From Myxococcota bacterium (GTDB lineage Bacteria > Myxococcota_A > SURF-8), in contig OZ223209.1 of NCBI GenBank assembly GCA_965140415.1, positions 3,040,001-3,104,000 on the forward strand: 64,000 bases of DNA, written 5' to 3'. The position numbers and the translations under genes were made by a program. Numbering within the stretch: the first letter of the stretch is position 1; the number at the start of each line of letters is the position of its first letter. Shown piece after piece: positions 57,351-64,000 of the stretch. Under the pieces are notes generated by a model. That model was not told the origin of the DNA. It worked only from the letters and a program-made list of their open reading frames with translations, and searched no databases.

Positions 57351-58520
57351 ATGAGAGCCTACGAACTAGCCACTAGTGCCGTTGCTCAAAATCAATTCTT
57401 CAAAATTCAGAATATCTCCAACCTTGGTGGAGTAACGAACGCGCAGTTCGCTACGGATGAAGATGTGGCAACTGCTGCTGCGACGGTTGAGTTAAGCAAT
57501 TCCGCACGATTCCGGAATGAAGTCTCGCAGGTTACGGAACAACTTGCCGCTGCGACAGACAATGTGTCGCGTACCCAGGTTGCTGATAATGCGCTGACGA
57601 AAGCGGACGAGTTGCTGGATCAGATCAAGCAACTGGCCGAACAGGCTTCGGAGCAGGGAACCAGCACGGAAACACGGGCCGAGCTGCAAACCCAGGCCGA
57701 TGAACTGATGGAAGAATACACCGCCACCTTCCAGAATGCGGAATACGGAAGCCAGAATGTGTTCGGCATCGCTGCAACTGCGGATGAAGGAGTAACGACG
57801 GAATACACGGCGAATGCTCCTGTTGATGTTCGCGGGATCAACCTAGAGCCGCAGGAAAATCCGGAAACGTTCCTGCAAAATATCAACAATGCGTTGGATC
57901 AGGTGGAACAGGCCAGTACTTTGGTTCAGGAGCGATTGGCAGCCGCCGATCAATCCGCACCTTTTACGTTGGATAACTATGCCAGTTTGGCCTTAGGGAA
58001 TGTGCGTGAGTCCTTGCTGCAAATTCAAGATCTTGCGCAACAGGCTGCGACCCCCAATCTCCCCTATACTGAACGAAGCAACCTGGAAAGCCAGATCGCC
58101 TCGTTGGTGGAAGATGTCGGTTCCGTGCTGGAAAACACCACCTTCGATGGTCAGAACGTATTTACCACCGATGCCAACGCAGATGTCCTTCAGGATTTCA
58201 GCCTGGCGTTGCCGACCATCGATCTGACTACAGAGGAAAGCGCGCAGCTTTCGCTAGGTGGAATTGAACAGGCCATCGAGCAGGTTGGAATCAAGCAGGA
58301 TCAGGTTCAGCAGCTACTGAACGAACAAACGAATCAACTGACTGTGGCTCATCAGAATTATCTTAGCCTGCAAGAAGAGATGAACTCGGTTCAGGAAGCT
58401 ACTCAAGCGGCTCAGCTTGTTTCGTTTACCCAAGATCAGATTCTTTTCCAGAGCGATACGGCTTCGCTGGCACAAGCAACCATCGGACCGCAGGTTATCC
58501 TGCAATTGTTGGACGTCTGA
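57351..58520 (+). CDS. Divergent flagellin-like protein with internal duplication
   Basis: AGGAGG RBS; two flagellin_N-like helices; flagellin_C tail FTQDQILFQSDTASLAQATIGPQVILQLL. Confidence 0.8.
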   Translation: MRAYELATSAVAQNQFFKIQNISNLGGVTNAQFATDEDVATAAATVELSNSARFRNEVSQVTEQLAAATDNVSRTQVADNALTKADELLDQIKQLAEQASEQGTSTETRAELQTQADELMEEYTATFQNAEYGSQNVFGIAATADEGVTTEYTANAPVDVRGINLEPQENPETFLQNINNALDQVEQASTLVQERLAAADQSAPFTLDNYASLALGNVRESLLQIQDLAQQAATPNLPYTERSNLESQIASLVEDVGSVLENTTFDGQNVFTTDANADVLQDFSLALPTIDLTTEESAQLSLGGIEQAIEQVGIKQDQVQQLLNEQTNQLTVAHQNYLSLQEEMNSVQEATQAAQLVSFTQDQILFQSDTASLAQATIGPQVILQLLDV

Positions 58521-58548
58521 TCGCTTCGTAACACAGCTATAGAATATC

Positions 58549-58581
58549 AAGCCCCTCGTTTTCACGAGGGGCTTTCCTTTT
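58549..58581 (+). terminator. Rho-independent terminator between convergent genes
   Basis: AAGCCCCTCGT / ACGAGGGGCTT stem then TCCTTTT. Confidence 0.85.
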
Positions 58582-58612
58582 AAATGCCTGTGAGTTGGTT
58601 CGGGATCTTTTG

Positions 58613-59428
58613 TTAAAGTGAAGCTTGCTCCGGCATGTCTTCCTCCTGACCTGTTGGCAGGGTGACGATGATTCCCATTGAAATTCCAATGGAAAACTCT
58701 TCATCTTCTTGTGGAATATCGAAAGTGACTTGATTGATCATCTCGATTGCATCGTTTAAAACCACATTGTAACCTAACGCAACTGCCCCGATTTCAATAT
58801 CCCGTTCATCCTCTGAAGGATTATGAGCGAAACCCATGTCGTATTCCAATAACAACTGGTGGCCTTCTCCCACTGTCCAATAGGTGCCGGCAGTCAGTTC
58901 CGTCATTGGAGCAAATTCATATTCGGTGGAGCTGTCATCGTCCTCCGTTTGTGTCGTTTTCGAGGTTTTTTCTCTTCCGGACAACACTTCCGAAACCACG
59001 AAGTAAAGCCCCCAGCTTGATTGGTCGTTGTCCAGGTCGAAATTAAGTTCCAATGCCGGAATCAGCGAAAAGTCATCTTGTGATATTCCTGCTTCGAGAA
59101 ACAGGTCAATATCGACATGCTCGCTGTCAAGCGGGGTTCCGAAAAATCCTATCGCAAGGCCCCATTCTCCGTTGGAAAAATACTCATTTCCGGCACCTGA
59201 AATGGCAAGGTAGGCAGAGAGGTTTTCCACTAAGCCATATCCGGCCACTCCTTCGGCAGAAATCGATTTTTCATATTCACCTAAGCCGATTCCATCAAAG
59301 CCAAGGTAAAATTCAAAATCAGTCGCTCCAATGTCGAAGGTTTCCGTTGTATCGGCTGCATAGGAAGAAGTGGAAGCAAACAGAAGTGTAATGATCACTG
59401 CACAAGAAGTACTACAAAACCGACTCAT
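58613..59428 (-). CDS. Secreted acidic protein, possible outer-membrane beta-barrel, downstream of the metal importer
   Basis: Signal peptide ending SSYA; alternating beta-strand pattern; GAGGAG RBS. Confidence 0.6.
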   Translation of the reverse strand: MSRFCSTSCAVIITLLFASTSSYAADTTETFDIGATDFEFYLGFDGIGLGEYEKSISAEGVAGYGLVENLSAYLAISGAGNEYFSNGEWGLAIGFFGTPLDSEHVDIDLFLEAGISQDDFSLIPALELNFDLDNDQSSWGLYFVVSEVLSGREKTSKTTQTEDDDSSTEYEFAPMTELTAGTYWTVGEGHQLLLEYDMGFAHNPSEDERDIEIGAVALGYNVVLNDAIEMINQVTFDIPQEDEEFSIGISMGIIVTLPTGQEEDMPEQASL

Positions 59429-59567
59429 GATATTCTCCTCTTAAAGTGATAGACATAACTAACAGTAGTGTACAAGTCTTTCTCTAGATGTCAAGCCTGT
59501 TTTGGAGACAATATTGAGACGACGTGCTATCTTCTTGGAATTATTATGGAACTATAGGAACAGAAAG

Positions 59568-60320
59568 CTACTTTCGTGAGCAGACGGGGCAAGCTTGCAG
59601 ACTGAACGGGGGTTCCAGGTTGCCTTTTTCCAGCAATTCCGAATTGTTCATGATGTCAATAGTCGGGCCATCGGCAAGAACGCGGCCATGTTGAAGCACT
59701 ATTGTGCGCTCGCAGACATCCATCACCAAATCAAGGTCGTGAGTGGCGATGATTTTCGTATGTTCAAATGATTTCAATAGGTTAATCAGTTGTCGGCGGT
59801 TTTTGGGATCTAAATTGGAAGAGGGTTCGTCCATCACCAGAATATCAGGCGACATGGAAAGAACGGTTGCGATGGCTACGGAACGCTTTTCGCCACCCGA
59901 TAACTTGTAGGGAGGTCGATCTTTCAGGTGCAAGGCTCCTACTCGTTCCAGCGATTGAAGCACACGTTGCTCGATTTCGTCGCTTTCCATGCCGAGGTTC
60001 ATTGGTCCGAAGGCCACATCCTCATAAACGGTGGGCATGAAAAGCTGGTCGTCGGGATCCTGGAAAACCATACCGACCGTACGACGTACAAGTTCCAGTG
60101 TTTTCTTCGTCACACGCGAATCGCCAATGCGCATGGCGCCTTGCTGCGGGATATGAAAGCCATTCAAATGTAGTAATAACGTGGATTTACCAGCACCATT
60201 GGCACCGATGACAGCCACCGATTCCCCATGGGTAATCAGGAAAGATACTCCCTGCAAGGCCCGAGTATGATCGGGATACTGATAATGAATGTCGCAGGCT
60301 TCCACAATGTGATGGCTCAT
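59568..60320 (-). CDS. cbiO: ECF Ni/Co transporter ATPase (NikO/CbiO)
   Basis: GANGAGKST, FQDPDDQLF, LSGGEK, MDEP, ATHD; ATGA coupling. Confidence 0.92.
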   Translation of the reverse strand: MSHHIVEACDIHYQYPDHTRALQGVSFLITHGESVAVIGANGAGKSTLLLHLNGFHIPQQGAMRIGDSRVTKKTLELVRRTVGMVFQDPDDQLFMPTVYEDVAFGPMNLGMESDEIEQRVLQSLERVGALHLKDRPPYKLSGGEKRSVAIATVLSMSPDILVMDEPSSNLDPKNRRQLINLLKSFEHTKIIATHDLDLVMDVCERTIVLQHGRVLADGPTIDIMNNSELLEKGNLEPPFSLQACPVCSRK

Positions 60321-61129
60321 GTAAACAACTCCATGATCAGTTTTCCGAATAAATCTGGAAGATTGTAAAATCGGCAGGAAATGAAATAGAAACACCAGAA
60401 CGCAATAAAGAGAGCATCCGAAAGGCTAAAATGCAAAGGTTGTATGCGATTGATCTGGCCGGTAAAGCCTCGGCAATGCATCGCAAGATGAATGCGCTGG
60501 GCACGGTCCAGGGTTCTAAGCAAAAGATGTCCGACCATCGGACCATAACTTCTCAAGCCGCCATCGTGCTTTCCGAAACTGCGCAGGGAACGCGCACGAA
60601 TCAAGCGCAGGCTTTCTTCCGTCAATACAAACAGATAGCGATACAGAAACATCAACTGTATCGAAAACACTCTTGGTGCGCCTAGCTTTTCCATTGCGAG
60701 ACAGACATCGTTCAAGCCGGTTACTGCAAGTAAAAGTAACGCAGCAGAAACCGTTAACACAAAGCGCAGAAGAATAGAAAAAAAGGAAATCCAGCCACCA
60801 CTTATGTCAAGCGGCCCGAGGGTCAACAGAATGTGCGAGTCCAGAAACGGATTGAAAATCCCGATCATGATGGCAAACGGTGAGACCAACAGGATTTTTT
60901 TCGCTATATAGAAAAAAGGAATACGTCCTGCGGCGATCAGAAAAATCGGGTAAAGCAGAAACGGCATCAACTGTGCCAGATCGTATTTCCCGAAAGAGAC
61001 CGTCGTTACGATAAAGGCTAATGTTACCAGTAGTTTGGCGCGTGGGTCCAACTGGTGAACGATACTTTGCTGGCGCGAGAGGCGATCCATCGCGCCGAGA
61101 TCGAAAACTTGCGATTCAACGGAATTCAT
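60317..61129 (-). CDS. cbiQ: ECF Ni/Co transporter T component (NikQ/CbiQ)
   Basis: HQLDPRAKL, YRYLFVL, AMHCRGF. Confidence 0.92.
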   Translation of the reverse strand: MNSVESQVFDLGAMDRLSRQQSIVHQLDPRAKLLVTLAFIVTTVSFGKYDLAQLMPFLLYPIFLIAAGRIPFFYIAKKILLVSPFAIMIGIFNPFLDSHILLTLGPLDISGGWISFFSILLRFVLTVSAALLLLAVTGLNDVCLAMEKLGAPRVFSIQLMFLYRYLFVLTEESLRLIRARSLRSFGKHDGGLRSYGPMVGHLLLRTLDRAQRIHLAMHCRGFTGQINRIQPLHFSLSDALFIAFWCFYFISCRFYNLPDLFGKLIMELFT

Positions 61130-61191
61130 GTTGTGGATCGATTTCGCATGTTGTCCCGAATGAAATAGCCAGAGGGTAAAGGCGCAAGAGG

Positions 61192-62226
61192 TTATCTAGT
61201 TGCCCGACTGCGCCTCTTTAGCAGCAGGCCGATAAAGGCAGCCAGAAAGAGTGTTAAAGCACTGCCGACTAGTCCGGAAACGCTGGTTCCGGCGCTTACG
61301 GCAGGCCAGGACGCTTCCTCTTCTTCCGCCGCTTCGCTGGCTTTGAAACCATAATCCGGCAGCACCGCTGTTGTTTCCTGAACTTGCGCAAGCGATTTAT
61401 AAAGCCTGTCTTGAGCGGCAGGGGGAGCCAGTTCTTCTTCGCCAGTCGTTTTGAAAATCGACCATTCCAGTCCATCGGGATGAGTCGAGGCAAACCAACT
61501 TAGCATGACTCCGGTTATCAGGGTCGCTACGCCAAGACCGACGAACACCTTTTTTAGTGAGAGGTTTGCAATCGATGTGTTCGTACTGGCAGCTTGCAAT
61601 AGTTCCGGGCGGGCCTGTTGCACAAACATGACGACAGCCGCCGTTGCCAGACCTTCAACGATACCGATGGCCAGATGTATGGGTTGCATTAAAAGCAGGA
61701 ATGAGGAAAAACTAAGTTCGGTGATACCGGATGACACGGTCTCTATGACGACACCTAATGAGCCCATCTGCAAACCGATTACAGCTGCCAGGATGGCCGC
61801 AAATGCAATGCGGCCTTTGGAAGTTTGGTCTGCTGCAAGTGGTTTGTAAATCAGCGGATAAGCGATGAAGCAGGGGAAAAAGCCAAGGTTGAAGATGTTC
61901 GCTCCCAGGGCAAGCAGTCCGCCATCTGCAAAAAAGAGAGCCTGCACGGTAAGTACCGAAGCCATCGTAAGAAAAGCGGCGTATGGCCCCAGTAAAATCG
62001 CCAGAATCAGTCCTCCTCCTAGATGCCCGCTGGAGCCGGTGGCCGGGATCGTGAAGTTGATCATCTGGGCTGCGAAGATGAACGCTGCGACAACGCCCAT
62101 CAAAGGAACTTTTTTATCGTCCAGTTCATTTGCGATTTTGCGCGAACTGGTGGCGATCAATACGGCGGACGCGGTCCACAAAGCACCGCCTACGGCAGGA
62201 GAAACCAACGCATCGGCCATGTGCAT
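61192..62226 (-). CDS. cbiM: ECF Ni/Co transporter S component, fused M+N (Nik(MN)/CbiMN) with PDGLE domain
   Basis: N-terminal MHMAD, SSGHLGG, FADGG, HPDGLE. Confidence 0.92.
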   Translation of the reverse strand: MHMADALVSPAVGGALWTASAVLIATSSRKIANELDDKKVPLMGVVAAFIFAAQMINFTIPATGSSGHLGGGLILAILLGPYAAFLTMASVLTVQALFFADGGLLALGANIFNLGFFPCFIAYPLIYKPLAADQTSKGRIAFAAILAAVIGLQMGSLGVVIETVSSGITELSFSSFLLLMQPIHLAIGIVEGLATAAVVMFVQQARPELLQAASTNTSIANLSLKKVFVGLGVATLITGVMLSWFASTHPDGLEWSIFKTTGEEELAPPAAQDRLYKSLAQVQETTAVLPDYGFKASEAAEEEEASWPAVSAGTSVSGLVGSALTLFLAAFIGLLLKRRSRATR

Positions 62227-62326
62227 ACAACACCTCCGAATGAAAAGCAGCTTTGTATCTTGTGGTACAGCATGAAACGCAATGATGCTTCTTTCTCGTT
62301 ATTCAACTTGCTGTAACCGAAGAAAG

Positions 62327-62373
62327 GTAGCATCAATACAAAAACAGTAGCACCGCTAAAGAAAGACTGTCAA
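62327..62373 (-). promoter_or_regulatory. sigma70 promoter with overlapping NikR-type direct-repeat operator
   Basis: Minus strand TTGACA-N18-TACTGT with extended TG; GTGCTAC-N13-ATGCTAC (62353-62327). Confidence 0.75.
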
Positions 62374-62490
62374 GGTGAAATGCCTTGTTTTGTCCGGCTT
62401 GGGCGCATCACAAGATATTGCGATTGACTTTGAAAACGGCTGCCATCGGCTAAGCGAAGAGAAACGGAGCTTGCCCATGTGGCTCTTTAA

Positions 62491-62524
62491 CACGGGCAAG
62501 CCTGCGGCTTAGCCCGCGCCACCC
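62491..62524 (-). repeat. GC-rich hairpin: terminator of the two-component operon or a GGTG-headed REP-like element
   Basis: Minus strand GGGTGGCGCGGGCTAAGCCGCAGGCTTGCCCGTG. Confidence 0.45.
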
Positions 62525-62595
62525 TGAAATCAGACAGGTTTGCAACTTCTTTTGATGCACCCGTCCGGCTTGCAGAATAGTTTTTGAATATGTGA

Positions 62596-63279
62596 TTATG
62601 GGAAAAATTGATAACCGACCCCACGCAAGGTGCGAATGTGGAGTGGAATTTTGGAATCCTTTTCGAATAGCTTGCGTAACCTTGCAATAAAAATGTCCAC
62701 CGTACGGGTTTCAAGGGCAGAAGAATATCCCCAGACTTTCTCCAGTAATTCGATGCGGCTGACCGGTCTCTGCTGGTTTTCGATCAGGTATTTCATGACA
62801 TAGCACTCATATGGCGTCAGGCGAGTTTCGCCCTGGTTCGTCTTGGCTTCGAAACTGCGGAAATTGATCCAATAGTCACCGAACTCCACGTTTTCTCCAC
62901 TTCGCGCTGCTTCATCGTACCAACTGGTTCGTTCCAACATGCGCTTGATACGCAAAATCAATTCCGGCAGTGAAAACGGTTTCGTTACATAATCATCCGC
63001 TCCGGCGGAAAAGCCGTTCAGGCGATCTTCTTCGCGCGCTTTGGCGGACAGGATCAGTACGGGATATTGAAAGTCTTTTTGCCTGACCAATGCCAGTAGT
63101 TCCAAGCCGTTCATGCCGGGTAACATGATATCAAGCACCATCATGTCGTAATCGCGATAGATTTCCAGGGCTTCCTCCGCACTTTCAACACAATGGACGT
63201 CATGCTTTTCCAGTTGGAGGTTGAATTTCAGCCCTTCAGCCAGATTTCGTTCATCTTCTATAATCAAGATGCGAGCCAT
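62596..63279 (-). CDS. OmpR/PhoB-family response regulator
   Basis: LDIMLPG, GADDYVTKPF, winged helix TRTVD..RGVGY. Confidence 0.95.
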   Translation of the reverse strand: MARILIIEDERNLAEGLKFNLQLEKHDVHCVESAEEALEIYRDYDMMVLDIMLPGMNGLELLALVRQKDFQYPVLILSAKAREEDRLNGFSAGADDYVTKPFSLPELILRIKRMLERTSWYDEAARSGENVEFGDYWINFRSFEAKTNQGETRLTPYECYVMKYLIENQQRPVSRIELLEKVWGYSSALETRTVDIFIARLRKLFEKDSKIPLHIRTLRGVGYQFFP

Positions 63280-63284
63280 AACTC

Positions 63285-64000
63285 CTACTCCTTCTCATTC
63301 CGATGATGTTCTTTCGGTCCATCCGCTTTGAACAGCATCACAATGCTCGTGCCTTCACCTTTACCTTTGCTTTCCGCCCAGACTTTTCCTCGATGCGCAC
63401 GGACGATCTTGTGGACGATATACAATCCCAGTCCGCTGCCCTGGGGCTTGGAGGAGTGTCGATAGAACAGTTTGAAGACACGGGACAATTCGGATTCCGG
63501 GATACCTTCGCCATTGTCGCTGATTTCCAGTCGCAGGCGCTTTAATTGACGTTTTAGAGAAACCTTGATCCGAGCCGGGGAAGGGGAATAGCGGATCGCA
63601 TTGTCGAACACATTTTGTAGTACGCTCAACATGGCCGCTTTATCTGCCTTCATAAACGAATTCGATTCAAGCTGCAATTCGATATTGGCTTTCCCCTGGT
63701 ATTCCGGATTGGCTTCGATGCATTCATTGATCAGATCGGTCAGATCGTGATGTTCGAACTGGTAGATGGCTCGTCCTTGTTCGATACGGCCTGCCGAAAG
63801 CAAGCTGGAAATCGAACCAGCCAGTCTGAGGCTGTCGTTGTGCATTCGCTCAAGAAAGACCTTCCTGGTTTCATCGTCCAGTTGATGCAACTGCATGGTT
63901 TCTACATACAAGCGCAATGAGGCCAGAGGGGTCAGCAACTCGTGGCTGATGCTGGAAATGAAGTTGACTCGCTCCGCATCCAGATTGCGGGACTTGGTCC
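63285..64000 (-). CDS. Sensor histidine kinase, 5' part outside the window
   Basis: FISSISHELLTPL H-box, DNAIRY, DNGEG, GSGLGL. Confidence 0.93.
   Translation of the reverse strand, partial: TKSRNLDAERVNFISSISHELLTPLASLRLYVETMQLHQLDDETRKVFLERMHNDSLRLAGSISSLLSAGRIEQGRAIYQFEHHDLTDLINECIEANPEYQGKANIELQLESNSFMKADKAAMLSVLQNVFDNAIRYSPSPARIKVSLKRQLKRLRLEISDNGEGIPESELSRVFKLFYRHSSKPQGSGLGLYIVHKIVRAHRGKVWAESKGKGEGTSIVMLFKADGPKEHHRNEKE

Noticed and set aside
58528-58534. GTAACAC NikR half-site
   Set aside because: Single half-site with no partner at 20 bp, downstream of convergent genes
62227-62595. Cobalamin riboswitch upstream of the cbiM-like gene
   Set aside because: B12-box and other conserved riboswitch elements not found by eye

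Overview
Bacterial chromosomal window of moderate GC. The host is probably a deltaproteobacterial/Myxococcota-like lineage; this is inferred from gene content only. Housekeeping content: tRNA-His, uridine phosphorylase, carAB, a TPAT-type TRAP transporter (TatT, DctP, fused DctQM), a nik(MN)QO-type ECF metal importer, an OmpR-family two-component pair, a beta-propeller diguanylate cyclase and an MMPL/RND protein. About nine secreted lipoproteins share an Asp-Gly-Asp (DGDxx) repeat tether fused to unrelated cargo domains. One intact-looking IS4 element lies at 39615-40920. Most notable observations: (1) a predicted ~85-nt RNA under a NikR-type direct-repeat operator, whose CU-rich seed exactly complements the Shine-Dalgarno of the gene behind the nickel importer; (2) a lipoprotein gene tightly bracketed by direct-repeat GTAG-REP hairpins, like a gene cassette; (3) a sigma54-preceded lipoprotein with ~10 anionic beta-defensin-like modules; (4) inverted arrays of 11-bp repeats; (5) a tRNA-His with alphaproteobacterial-type identity (G1-U72, A73); (6) an orphan flagellin with a duplicated D1 module. 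All calls come from reading the sequence by eye; no searches were run.
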